The notes under the pieces were generated by a model. That model made no database searches. It saw only the letters and a list, made by a program, of their open reading frames with translations, and was not told the origin of the DNA. Position numbers and translations under genes: made by a program. Positions 1-9,658 of a stretch of 64,000 bases of DNA are shown piece after piece. How positions within the stretch are numbered: position 1 is the first letter of the stretch; every line of letters begins with the position of its first letter. The DNA is taken from assembly GCA_903884455.1 (NCBI GenBank), contig CAISEW010000019.1, positions 31,752 to 95,751 on the forward strand, written 5' to 3'. Origin of the DNA: an uncultured Chloroflexota bacterium. GTDB lineage: Bacteria > Chloroflexota > Dehalococcoidia > GIF9 > AB-539-J10.

Positions 1-885
<885 letters not shown>

Positions 886-953
886 GCAATAAATATTAGC
901 ACCTGATCCCCCCATGAAATTGGGAACACGAAATTACATTTTTCTCAAGGAGC

Positions 954-2564
954 GTGATGGTAATGTTTGAGCTAGAACAATTCGTCATAACTGCCAACAG
1001 AATCTGGCAAAAGGCACGAGATGAAAAACGGTTGACTCATAACCCCTCTGATGAGGAACTGAGAGGGCTTGTGGAAAAGGAGCCGGGGGTTAGGAAAACG
1101 ATGTATGGAAACTTTGTCGCCCAAAGTGAGCCTACTTCCAGGTCAGCAATGTTCACCAAAAACAGTGTTGATCACCCCTTTGGCGAGGATGAACTAAGGC
1201 TATTAGCTCAGTGTGAAAAGGTATTGGGTAAGGAAAGATTGATTTCCATAGACAGGATTGTGGGCAACGAAAGTAGTAACACCACAGCCAGGTTAATTGT
1301 TCCCGAGCGGTTTGCCCATGTTGCCTACGGAGGCAAGAACCTTTTTATACCCCCCAAGGGGGAAGTCAAAAAGCCAACTTACTACATCTTATTCTTCGCT
1401 GACGAGGCTTTTGAAACGAACCAGTCAAAGCCGCTCCCCGAGAAAGATATCACTATCAGATTGGCTATGCTGGATGATGGAAGGTTTGTCAAGATAATTA
1501 GGAATGGTAACTACATAGGTGAATATAAGAAGGGAGTTTTCGCCGCCGAGGATTGGGTAGCTAAGACGAAAAGGGGAGGCATCTTCTTACATGCTGGCTG
1601 TAGAGAGGATTATCTTCAATCATCACACGGGGACTATCAGATGGCGAGGACGTTACTTGTGGCATTAAGTGCCAATGGGAAAACAACTACAACCTGTAGA
1701 ATCCTGGCCAGAAAAGGGAAAGAGAAATCTTGGCTTATTCAGGACGATGGGGGGACTCTCATGCCCGATGGTTCTTTTCATGGCTTCGAAGCCGGGGGAA
1801 TATTTGTAAAAACAGAGGGTGTGAACCCCGGGGAGCAAATCGAAATATTTTACGGGCTGTTGAAACCGGAAACTGTTTGTGAAAATGTTTACGTAAACGA
1901 AGACGGAGATTTTGATCTTTACAATTTCGAAAGAACATCCAATGGCAGAGCAGTGGTATTAAGAAGAGATTTTATGCATGCCAGTCCCTATATCGATGTG
2001 GGTAGGATTGACAATCTGATTCTTATCACTAGAGGGCCACTGACTCCGGCAATATCAAAGCTAACCCGTGAGCAAGCAGCAGCCTTTATGGTTCTGGGAC
2101 AGGCAATGGAATCCTCGGCTGGTGACCCAACCCAGGCAGGGAAAATTAGAAGCGAGTTTTTCTATGACCCATTTGTCGCCGGAGACCTGGCTGAGCACGC
2201 TAATATATTTTATGAGATAATAAAAGGTATTCCTCATCTAAATTACTATTTGATAAATACTGGAGGGATAGGGGAAAAGGAACGTTACAAAGATATAAGA
2301 TTGGAATTTACCATGGCAATACTCGATTCTTTACTAAGGGGAGGTTTAGAAGATTGGCTAGATTCCCCAACAGGCTTTAAGGTGCCTAGGGCGATAAGAT
2401 ATGTAGATGATATTTACTTACATCCCGAGAAACTCTATTCAAGAATTGAATTTGAAAAAAAGCAGCGGGAACTTAACAAAATTAAATATGAATCCGTGAA
2501 AAAACTCGGGAACTCCTTACATCCTGATATAAGGAAGGTTTTTAGCCAGCCCAACATCGCATAA
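954..2564 (+). CDS. pckA: Phosphoenolpyruvate carboxykinase (ATP)-like protein
   Basis: 536 aa with a P-loop-like LSANGKTTTT and a C-terminal YLINTGGIG, resembling ATP-PEPCK kinase motifs. Start is ambiguous (GTG954, ATG957 or ATG963) after AAGGAG at 947-952. Confidence 0.65.
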   Translation: MMVMFELEQFVITANRIWQKARDEKRLTHNPSDEELRGLVEKEPGVRKTMYGNFVAQSEPTSRSAMFTKNSVDHPFGEDELRLLAQCEKVLGKERLISIDRIVGNESSNTTARLIVPERFAHVAYGGKNLFIPPKGEVKKPTYYILFFADEAFETNQSKPLPEKDITIRLAMLDDGRFVKIIRNGNYIGEYKKGVFAAEDWVAKTKRGGIFLHAGCREDYLQSSHGDYQMARTLLVALSANGKTTTTCRILARKGKEKSWLIQDDGGTLMPDGSFHGFEAGGIFVKTEGVNPGEQIEIFYGLLKPETVCENVYVNEDGDFDLYNFERTSNGRAVVLRRDFMHASPYIDVGRIDNLILITRGPLTPAISKLTREQAAAFMVLGQAMESSAGDPTQAGKIRSEFFYDPFVAGDLAEHANIFYEIIKGIPHLNYYLINTGGIGEKERYKDIRLEFTMAILDSLLRGGLEDWLDSPTGFKVPRAIRYVDDIYLHPEKLYSRIEFEKKQRELNKIKYESVKKLGNSLHPDIRKVFSQPNIA

Positions 2565-2638
2565 TAGAACTGCAAGTCTCACGCGGTTCGTGTGGAATTT
2601 TGGTGTAGGATAGCTGTGAATCATCGGGAGGGCAAGAA

Positions 2639-3007
2639 GTGATAGAGTCCGCTGAACTTTATGAAAGATTAAAAAAAGAGAAAACAGAGCTGTTAGAAAA
2701 GCTGGAACAGTTGAGAGCTCTCGGTCAACCATCAGCAGAGAGAAAGGAAGGCAGCCCATTCGGCAAAAGGGAGGAAGAAGCCGATGAAGCCTCCGAACTA
2801 GAGAAAAGACTAGTCATGGTAAAAAGGCTGGAGGAGTCTCTAAATGAAGTTGCGCATGCCTTACAAAAATATGAAGCCGGCACTTATGGATTGTGCGATT
2901 CCTGTGGGCAAGCTATAGAGCAAGCTCGCCTTGAAGCTATCCCTCAAGCAAGCTTATGTATGAAGTGTAAGGCAAGCCAGGCAAAGGATGCAAAAGGGAC
3001 AAGATAA
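2639..3007 (+). CDS. DksA/TraR-family C4 zinc-finger protein
   Basis: 122 aa with an N-terminal coiled-coil-like acidic region and a C-terminal CDSCGQAI...CMKCK (CxxC-N17-CxxC). GTG start after GGGAGGG. Confidence 0.75.
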   Translation: MIESAELYERLKKEKTELLEKLEQLRALGQPSAERKEGSPFGKREEEADEASELEKRLVMVKRLEESLNEVAHALQKYEAGTYGLCDSCGQAIEQARLEAIPQASLCMKCKASQAKDAKGTR

Positions 3008-3569
3008 TGGGTTTCCAAGTAAATTGGTGACCAGCAAAATAACGAATACCGTGGGTGAAGATAAGTCAAAAGTTTCTCCAGGCAAGTATAGAGGTGGATT
3101 AAGGTTACTTCTGATTGTCGTTGCTCTGGTGGTTATTCTTGACCAATTGAGCAAGCTGTGGATCAACGCCAATCAACCCCAAACAGAGTTGTTGCCAGGA
3201 TTTCTTGATCTACGTTACACTAAAAATTATGGTGCCATTTTTGGTTTGTTTTCCAACCACACCGAGCTTTTCATCGCTCTCGGCATAGCTGCTTCGGTCA
3301 TTATCTTGGTGTTTCTCTATTATTTTCCCCCAGCTACCACCGTAGGCATACTGTCCTTCGCTCTGATTCTGAGCGGGGCTGTGGGCAATCTCATAGACCG
3401 CATCCGTCTTGGCTACGTAATTGATTTTATCAGTATTCACGTGCAAGAACTCTTCCGCTGGCCTGCCTTCAACATCGCTGACGCAGCTTTAACAGTGGGT
3501 ATCCTTACTCTCATTTATTACTTTTATAAGTTGGGGGTATTTAGAAAAGCACATGAACACAACCACTGA
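2988..3569 (+). CDS. lspA: Lipoprotein signal peptidase (signal peptidase II); true start probably internal
   Basis: Motifs LDQLSKLWI, YTKNYGAIFGL, GNLIDRIRLGYVIDFI and FNIADAALTVG with four hydrophobic segments. The first ~35 codons overlap the preceding gene and are not LspA-like. Confidence 0.85.
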   Translation: MQKGQDNGFPSKLVTSKITNTVGEDKSKVSPGKYRGGLRLLLIVVALVVILDQLSKLWINANQPQTELLPGFLDLRYTKNYGAIFGLFSNHTELFIALGIAASVIILVFLYYFPPATTVGILSFALILSGAVGNLIDRIRLGYVIDFISIHVQELFRWPAFNIADAALTVGILTLIYYFYKLGVFRKAHEHNH

Positions 3570-4476
3570 CCCCAAAATTAAGATGTTGCAATTCACCTCA
3601 CCTGCCCCCAACATCCGCCTTGATAAGTATTTAACCGAGGTTCTTCCACAATTCTCGCGCTCTTATTTACAGAAACTAATTGAGCAAGGTTATGTTTTAG
3701 TCAACGAACAAATGACAAAAGCAAGTCAGAGGTTAAATGAAGCCGATAGGATAACAATCGAGCTTCCTCCCTTACCAGGCCGTCCTTTAGCTGAACCAAT
3801 CCCCTTAGCCATAATTTATGAAGATGCGGACATATTGGTCATAGATAAACCTGCTGGATTGACAGTTCACCCTGCCCCGGGGCATCCCAGCCACACTTTA
3901 GTCAATGCCATCTTAGCTCATTGCCCCGGCCTGACCATGAGCAACGAACTGATGCGCCCAGGCATAGTTCACAGACTAGATAAAAATACATCGGGCCTCA
4001 TAGTCATTGCCAAAAACGACTTTGCCCGAGAATATTTAGCTGCACAGTTCAAAAGCCGCACTGTAACCAAAGGATATCTTGCCCTTGTTAAAGGAAGGCT
4101 ATCCCCGGAACAGGGGATAATCGAAGCACCTATCGGGCGGGACCCTCAGAGGAAACAAAGAATGGCGATAGTAGAAGCAGGAAAAGAGGCTACTACCCAA
4201 TATCAAGTCCGAAAATACCTGGATACCTACACTTTGGTCGAAGTCACCCCCCTAACAGGGCGCACACATCAAATCAGAATACACCTGTCAGCTATCGGCT
4301 ACCCGGTCGTCGGTGACCCTATTTATGGAATAAAATCGTCCTACCTTAACAGGCAATTTATTCATGCCTACCGCCTTGGCTTTCGTCTACCATCAACTAA
4401 GCAATACCAGGAATTCACTTCGCCCTTACCAATGGACTTGGAGCAAGCTTTGGAGCACTTAGCCCAAAACGCTTAA
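3553..4476 (+). CDS. rluD: RluA/RluD-family 23S rRNA pseudouridine synthase
   Basis: N-terminal S4-like segment (RLDKYL), catalytic HRLDKNTSGLIV, and C-terminal GRTHQIRIHL. Confidence 0.85.
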   Translation: MNTTTDPKIKMLQFTSPAPNIRLDKYLTEVLPQFSRSYLQKLIEQGYVLVNEQMTKASQRLNEADRITIELPPLPGRPLAEPIPLAIIYEDADILVIDKPAGLTVHPAPGHPSHTLVNAILAHCPGLTMSNELMRPGIVHRLDKNTSGLIVIAKNDFAREYLAAQFKSRTVTKGYLALVKGRLSPEQGIIEAPIGRDPQRKQRMAIVEAGKEATTQYQVRKYLDTYTLVEVTPLTGRTHQIRIHLSAIGYPVVGDPIYGIKSSYLNRQFIHAYRLGFRLPSTKQYQEFTSPLPMDLEQALEHLAQNA

Positions 4477-4506
4477 AAGACTTGTGGAAACATGATAGAA
4501 AATCCT

Positions 4507-4557
4507 GTCATTGCCATAATTTCTTTATGTCGCTTCCCCCGACTTGTCGGGGTACAG
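4507..4557 (+). repeat. Variant copy of the GTCATTGC dispersed repeat family with an internal CCCCGAC-TTG-TCGGGG hairpin
   Basis: gtcattgccataatttctttatgtcgcttcccccgacttgtcggggtacag. It shares the gtcattgcc unit with the copy at 55110. Confidence 0.4.
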
Positions 4558-4660
4558 GTCATAATTGCCCTCTTGAAGCACCGGTTTGAATCACTGCTCA
4601 GATGAACGGGCGCAGTTTCTTGCAAGGAGAAGCCTTGTTTGATATGATTAGAAAAATAAA

Positions 4661-5344
4661 ATGGACAAACTAGAGTTAAAGGTTACTAACCGAGAGATTC
4701 TCGGTAAAAAAGTCAAGCATTTGCGCCGCCAGGGCATTACTCCGGTGCATCTTTTTGGACACGGTATCGAGTCTCTAGCACTACAGTGCGACACTGGTGA
4801 ACTTGAGCGAGTGTTAGGTCAAGCTGGGCAGACAAGGCTTATTAGCCTCAAGCTCGCTAAGGAGAAGAAGCCAAGGGCCGCTGTGGTTCGCGAATTTGAT
4901 AGAGATTGGCGGAAGGGACAATTGCTCCATGTAGATTTTTATCAGGTGAAAATGGAGGAAAAGATAAAGTTAGAGGTTCCGGTTGTCTTAGTAGGAGAGG
5001 CGCCAGCCCTGAAGTCTAAAACCACTATGCTGGAGCATGCGCTTGGGACTTTGACTATAGAGTGTTTGCCGGCAAAAATCCCCACTAGCCTGGAAGTGGA
5101 CATCAGTTCCCTCACCGAGCTAGATCAAGCAATACGCGTCAAAGATGTCACGCTGGACAAAGACATTACCGTTCTTAACAACCCAGAGTTGGTTGTGGTG
5201 AAAATTAGTTCGCGACCTGTGGAAAAGGTAGAAGAGAAGGTAGTAGAGAAGGTAGTAGAGGCAGAGGCGGAGGAGGTGGCGGAGGAAGCGGCTGAAGCTC
5301 CCAAAGAGGCTACGCGAGACGAAAAGAAATCAAAAGAAACATAA
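4661..5344 (+). CDS. rplY: 50S ribosomal protein L25 / general stress protein Ctc
   Basis: 227 aa with N-terminal L25/Ctc-type sequence (LRRQGITPVHLFGHG, LLHVDFYQV) and an acidic Lys/Glu-rich tail. Confidence 0.85.
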   Translation: MDKLELKVTNREILGKKVKHLRRQGITPVHLFGHGIESLALQCDTGELERVLGQAGQTRLISLKLAKEKKPRAAVVREFDRDWRKGQLLHVDFYQVKMEEKIKLEVPVVLVGEAPALKSKTTMLEHALGTLTIECLPAKIPTSLEVDISSLTELDQAIRVKDVTLDKDITVLNNPELVVVKISSRPVEKVEEKVVEKVVEAEAEEVAEEAAEAPKEATRDEKKSKET

Positions 5345-5504
5345 TCGTCTGACTTACTTGGCAATTGCTTCTGTATTTATAACGGATACACTGGATTTGC
5401 CGGGCTAGCAAATCCCTGATATAACACCCGAAATTAAATCAACCCTAAAAAGTCTTGCAACTTTTTGGGGACCCCGATAAAATTAATCTTACATTTACCG
5501 GATC

Positions 5505-5532
5505 CCCACGAAAATCTTGCGATTTTCGTGGG
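5505..5532 (+). promoter_or_regulatory. Perfect 12-bp-stem palindrome overlapping a candidate -35 (TTGCGA) of the tup/moa operon promoter
   Basis: cccacgaaaatc-ttgc-gattttcgtggg. TTGCGA (5515-5520), then 16 nt, then TAAATG, lying just upstream of the riboswitch. Confidence 0.4.
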
Positions 5533-5542
5533 TGGAATTAAA

Positions 5543-5662
5543 TGCTAGCTCTCTCCGAGCTGTCTTGCCTAAAGAGAATCCATGGCAAGCAGTCGGTAGG
5601 CTAAAAAGCCTCGAGGGCACAGATAGAAATGCCTGTGCCTCCCGTGCTTGGAAAGGAGGGAA
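5543..5662 (+). ncRNA. Molybdenum/tungsten cofactor (Moco/Tuco) riboswitch candidate
   Basis: CUCUCCGAGC (5551-5560). Hairpins ucuugcc...ggcaag(a) and ggcacag...cugugcc. 3' segment GCCUCCCGUGCUUGGAAAGGAGGG. These match my recollection of the conserved Moco-motif blocks. It sits directly upstream of tupABC-moaAC. Confidence 0.65.
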
Positions 5663-5683
5663 TATGGAGCTTGGTTTTTGGAC

Positions 5684-5713
5684 AGCATCGTTCTTGTAGC
5701 GGTGCTTTTTTTG
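5684..5713 (+). terminator. Intrinsic terminator (expression platform of the riboswitch)
   Basis: agcatcg-ttcttgtag-cggtgct stem (one G-U pair) followed by TTTTTTT. It lies between the aptamer and the tupA RBS. Confidence 0.6.
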
Positions 5714-5766
5714 TTCTCGCTTGCATGTCTTATACAAAAGTTTCTAGAGATAAAAGGAGATTTTCA

Positions 5767-6708
5767 ATGAAAGGAATTTTGCCTAAGATAGCTTCAACTG
5801 TTTTGGTTGTTTTGGCTTTGACATTGCTCATAACGGTTCTCGTAACGATTCCCGGCTGTGCTCCGGGTGGCAATGAAACAGGCAATCAAACGCTAAAGCT
5901 AGCAACCACTACCAGCCTTTACGACACTGGCTTGTGGGATTATCTGGAGACCATATTTGAGGAAAGATATAACGTCGACTTGCAGATAACAGCTCAGGGT
6001 ACTGGTAATGCTTTGGCGTTGGGTAAGACTGGTGATGTGGATGTGGTTGCCGTCCATGACCCCGCTCAGGAGGCAGCATTTATAGCCGGTAACTACTCTC
6101 TTAACGCAACAATAAATGGCAATTCTACGGCGCGAGTCACCTGGGCTTATAACTATTTCATCATCGTAGGCCCAGAGTCTGACCCTGCAGGCATCGGTGG
6201 AGGGAACTTGACTCCAGAACAAGCCTTCCAACAAATCCAGCAAGAGGGGGCACTTAACTCGACGGCGGTTAAATTCGTCTCTCGAGGGGATAACTCGGGA
6301 ACTCACGGCAAAGAAAAAGCCATCTGGAAAGCAGCCGGCTATAATTATACAGCGGATATCGAAGGGAATGGAACGGCCGATGGCTGGTATCTCGAAACTG
6401 GGAAAGGCATGGGGGATACACTGACTGTGGCTAACGAGAAAATGGCTTACACTCTGACAGACAAGGGAACCTTCCTGGCCTACCAAGGCGACTTGGATTT
6501 GGTAACCTTGCTAGACACAGGGGGTAGTCTGCTCAATGTCTACTCGGTGATCATCTGCAAGAACGGTCACAATCCTGGGATGGCTCAAAATCTGACAACT
6601 TTCCTCAGAGCACCTGAAATCCAGGCTTTAATCGCCGGATTTGGCGTGCCAGAATACGGACACCCACTATTCTACCCCTGGGATCCAGAGATTTGCGGGT
6701 TGCCCTAA
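5767..6708 (+). CDS. tupA: Tungstate ABC transporter substrate-binding lipoprotein (TupA-like)
   Basis: ATG 5767 preceded by AAAGGAG. Signal peptide with lipobox (TIPGC). LATTTSLYDTGLWDYL and VSRGDNSGTH resemble TupA-type anion-binding motifs. The longer ORF-track start (5629) overlaps the riboswitch. Confidence 0.75.
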   Translation: MKGILPKIASTVLVVLALTLLITVLVTIPGCAPGGNETGNQTLKLATTTSLYDTGLWDYLETIFEERYNVDLQITAQGTGNALALGKTGDVDVVAVHDPAQEAAFIAGNYSLNATINGNSTARVTWAYNYFIIVGPESDPAGIGGGNLTPEQAFQQIQQEGALNSTAVKFVSRGDNSGTHGKEKAIWKAAGYNYTADIEGNGTADGWYLETGKGMGDTLTVANEKMAYTLTDKGTFLAYQGDLDLVTLLDTGGSLLNVYSVIICKNGHNPGMAQNLTTFLRAPEIQALIAGFGVPEYGHPLFYPWDPEICGLP

Positions 6709-6725
6709 CAGATAGGAGGTGTGAC

Positions 6726-6857
6726 ATGCCGGTCATAGCAGCGATAGTGAAGTGCAAAAAGTGCGGTGCTGAGGTCAGGTCAGACTGGAAGTACTGTCCT
6801 AAGTGCGCGGACAAGATTGCCTGCATCGGCAAATACGAAGCCTGTGCCAAGAAATAG
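6726..6857 (+). CDS. Small (43 aa) zinc-ribbon protein, absent from the >=60 aa ORF track
   Basis: AGGAGG (6714-6719), 6 nt, then ATG. Sequence is MPVIAAIVKCKKCGAEVRSDWKYCPKCADKIACIGKYEACAKK, with CxxC-N10-CxxC. It fills the tupA-tupB gap exactly. Confidence 0.5.
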   Translation: MPVIAAIVKCKKCGAEVRSDWKYCPKCADKIACIGKYEACAKK

Positions 6858-6880
6858 CGTATTACAGCAGGTAGGAGCAA

Positions 6881-7567
6881 TTGACTGAAATATGGCACGC
6901 CTTTACTAAGGCTATAGAACTCATAATCTCCCTCGACCCGGAGGTAATGGAGATAGCCGGGAGGTCTTTGAGGATTTCGGGGACATCTTGTTTTCTGGCC
7001 TCTCTAATCTGCCTACCACTGGGGAGCTTAATATACTCCCATCACTTCCGTGGAAAAAGGGTTTTAATAAATATCATCCAGACGCTGTTCAGCATGCCCA
7101 CAGTTCTTGTTGGCTTGCTTGTTTTTGTGCTATTTTCCCGGGCCGGGCCACTGGGTTTCTTCGGCATATTACTCACTCCCACTGCCATGGTGATTGGCCA
7201 GATGATATTAATCACTCCCCTATTGCTTGGTTTGACCATTTCCGCGTTGAGCGGGGTGAGTAAGGAGACTGTGGATACCGCTACCTCGCTTGGTGCCAGC
7301 GGCTTTCAGACCGTCTGGCTTGTGCTGAGAGAGGCAAGATATGCTGTGCTGGCTGCAGTGATAATGGGTTTTGGCAGAGCTATCTCTGAAGTTGGATGTG
7401 CCATGATGGTTGGTGGGAATATCAGGGGATTCACCAGGGTCATTACCACAACAATATCAATGGAGACATCCAAAGGCGACTTCGAGTTGGCAATGGCGCT
7501 AGGCATAATTCTTCTATTCCTGGCACTCATCATTAACATCGTCCTGAATAGGTTGCAGCAGAGGTAA
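6881..7567 (+). CDS. tupB: Tungstate ABC transporter permease (TupB-like)
   Basis: 228 aa with about five hydrophobic segments and an ABC permease EAA-like loop (LGASGFQTVWLVLREARYA). TTG start after GTAGGAG. Confidence 0.75.
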   Translation: MTEIWHAFTKAIELIISLDPEVMEIAGRSLRISGTSCFLASLICLPLGSLIYSHHFRGKRVLINIIQTLFSMPTVLVGLLVFVLFSRAGPLGFFGILLTPTAMVIGQMILITPLLLGLTISALSGVSKETVDTATSLGASGFQTVWLVLREARYAVLAAVIMGFGRAISEVGCAMMVGGNIRGFTRVITTTISMETSKGDFELAMALGIILLFLALIINIVLNRLQQR

Positions 7568-7569
7568 CA

Positions 7570-8670
7570 ATGATGAAACCATTATCTTCAATAATCGAAG
7601 TAGTTGATTTAAGCCACAGCTATGGTGAACGAAAGGTACTACAAGACTTAAACCTAGGTATTGGCAAGGGTGAAGTTTTCGCCCTGATTGGTCCGACCGG
7701 AGCGGGCAAAACAACGCTTTTACGTATTATAGACCTGCTGGAGGTCCCTGGCGCGGGGGAAATCTATTTTGACGGCAAATGCCTCCCCCGGTCAGGAAAA
7801 CAAAGATTGGAGATACGTCGTCGGATGTCATTTATACACCAGAAGCCTCAGGTATTTAATTTGAGCGTCTACGACAACGTTGCCTGTGGCTTAAGATGGA
7901 GGGGAGAGGGAAAGAACAGGATTGCTGAGAAAGTTGACCATATCCTGGAAATGGTGGGGTTAGAAGGCTATAAGAATAGAAACGCCAGGACACTTTCTGG
8001 TGGGGAGGCGCAGAGAGTAGCTTTAGCCAGGTCCCTGGTGCTCGAACCTGAGGTGTTGTTATTGGACGAGCCGACGGCTAACCTTGACCCTGTTTCCACA
8101 GCCAAGATTGAGCAGTTAATTTCATATGTTGCCAGGCAACATAACACAACCATGATAATAGCAACGCATGATATGTCTCAAGGGCAGCAACTCGCTGACA
8201 GGATAGGGGTGCTTCTTGATGGCAGACTTGTCCAAACAGGCAATGTCACCGACATATTCCGTTCGCCCCAAAACGAACAGGTGGCTCATTTTGTCGGTAT
8301 GGAAAACATCATAGAAGGCGTAATCAGTGCCAGTAACGAAGGTATAGTCATGGTAAATATAGGTGGCAATGCCATACAAGCAGTTTCTAACCACCCCGCG
8401 GGAAAGGAAGTATATGCTTGCATCAGGCCTGAAGATATCACTTTAGCTTTATCTAGAACTCAAAGTTCGGCGAGGAATTCTTTTCAAGCCAAGGTTACCC
8501 GAGTAACATCTTTTGGCCCCCTTAGCCGGGTGGAAATAAATTGTGGCTTCCGTCTAGTAGCTTTGGTCACCAAAATATCAGCAGAAGAATTGAATTTACA
8601 AGTGGGCAGGGAAGTCTATGCTACTTTCAAAGCTACCGGGGTGCATGTTATGGAAAGGAAGACTAGCTAA
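7570..8670 (+). CDS. tupC: ABC transporter ATP-binding protein with C-terminal TOBE/Mop-like domain (TupC-like)
   Basis: Walker A GPTGAGKTT, signature LSGGEAQR, Walker B LLLDEPT. About 120 extra C-terminal residues, typical of oxyanion-transporter ATPases. Confidence 0.75.
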   Translation: MMKPLSSIIEVVDLSHSYGERKVLQDLNLGIGKGEVFALIGPTGAGKTTLLRIIDLLEVPGAGEIYFDGKCLPRSGKQRLEIRRRMSFIHQKPQVFNLSVYDNVACGLRWRGEGKNRIAEKVDHILEMVGLEGYKNRNARTLSGGEAQRVALARSLVLEPEVLLLDEPTANLDPVSTAKIEQLISYVARQHNTTMIIATHDMSQGQQLADRIGVLLDGRLVQTGNVTDIFRSPQNEQVAHFVGMENIIEGVISASNEGIVMVNIGGNAIQAVSNHPAGKEVYACIRPEDITLALSRTQSSARNSFQAKVTRVTSFGPLSRVEINCGFRLVALVTKISAEELNLQVGREVYATFKATGVHVMERKTS

Positions 8671-9656
8671 TGACTGGAATTCTTGATTCCTTCGGGCGGA
8701 GCATAAATTATCTCCGAATTTCAGTTACCGACCGCTGCAACCTGCGCTGTCTATATTGCATGCCCCCTGAAGGTGTCCCCCAGATGCCACATAGCGAGAT
8801 TCTTTCTTACGAGGAGATTCGGACTGTCGTCCGAGCGGCGGCAGAGCTGGGCATCAACAAGATAAGGCTCACTGGTGGCGAGCCCCTGGTTAGAGCTGAG
8901 TTGCCCAAGCTCATTAAGATACTTTCTCGAATAGAGGGAATTCAAGAGCTGTCTTTGACGACAAATGGGACGTTTCTCAAGAACTATGCTCTGGAACTTA
9001 AGCAAGCAGGCTTGTCTAGAGTTAATGTGAGCTTGGACACGCTTAAAGCCGATAAATTTCAACACATAACCCGTCTCGGAAAATTGAAGGATGTTCTTGA
9101 GGGCATCGAGGCAGCAAAGGAGGCTGGCTTTCATCCGGTCAAGATAAACACGGTAGTCATGCGGGGCATAAACGATGATGAGATACTAGACTTTGCCAGG
9201 ATGACCTATAAAGATGGATGGCATGTCCGCTTCATCGAACTTATGCCCTTCAAGGGTGTAGCAGAGTTTGTACCTTCCATCGAATTGCGACAACATATTA
9301 GTTTGCTTGGCAAGCTTGAACCCTGTCCCGATTCCATCGGGATAACTGGCAATGGACCTGCTATGTACTACCGTTTATCGAGAGCCAAGGGCACTATAGG
9401 TTTTATCAGTCCGCTCACCGAGGCTTCCTTTTGCTCTAGGTGTAACCGCATGCGGCTTACTCCAGATGGCAGACTACGCCCTTGCCTTCTGAGAGAAGAT
9501 GAGATTGACTTAAAAATGCCGCTACGCAATAATGCTTCGATGGAGGGGCTAAAACGTTTGATCCTGAAGGCAGTTGCTTCTAAGCCGGAGCATCATCATT
9601 TAGAGGGAGGCAATGTCAGGCTGGTGAAGCGAAAGATGTCGCAGATTGGAGGTTGA
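8670..9656 (+). CDS. moaA: GTP 3',8-cyclase MoaA (radical SAM)
   Basis: CNLRCLYCMP radical-SAM motif and C-terminal CSRCNRMRLTPDGRLRPCL. The ATG overlaps the tupC stop (TAATG). Confidence 0.9.
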   Translation: MTGILDSFGRSINYLRISVTDRCNLRCLYCMPPEGVPQMPHSEILSYEEIRTVVRAAAELGINKIRLTGGEPLVRAELPKLIKILSRIEGIQELSLTTNGTFLKNYALELKQAGLSRVNVSLDTLKADKFQHITRLGKLKDVLEGIEAAKEAGFHPVKINTVVMRGINDDEILDFARMTYKDGWHVRFIELMPFKGVAEFVPSIELRQHISLLGKLEPCPDSIGITGNGPAMYYRLSRAKGTIGFISPLTEASFCSRCNRMRLTPDGRLRPCLLREDEIDLKMPLRNNASMEGLKRLILKAVASKPEHHHLEGGNVRLVKRKMSQIGG

Positions 9657-9658
9657 GA

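Noticed and set aside
4644-4673. Nine-codon uORF overlapping the L25 start
   Set aside because: SD spacing is poor (14 nt), and conservation cannot be assessed. It may simply reflect an AT-rich leader.
5629-5766. N-terminal extension of the tupA ORF (ORF-track start 5629) and the small ORFs at 5495-5737
   Set aside because: They overlap the riboswitch aptamer and its terminator. A strong RBS and a signal peptide begin at ATG 5767.
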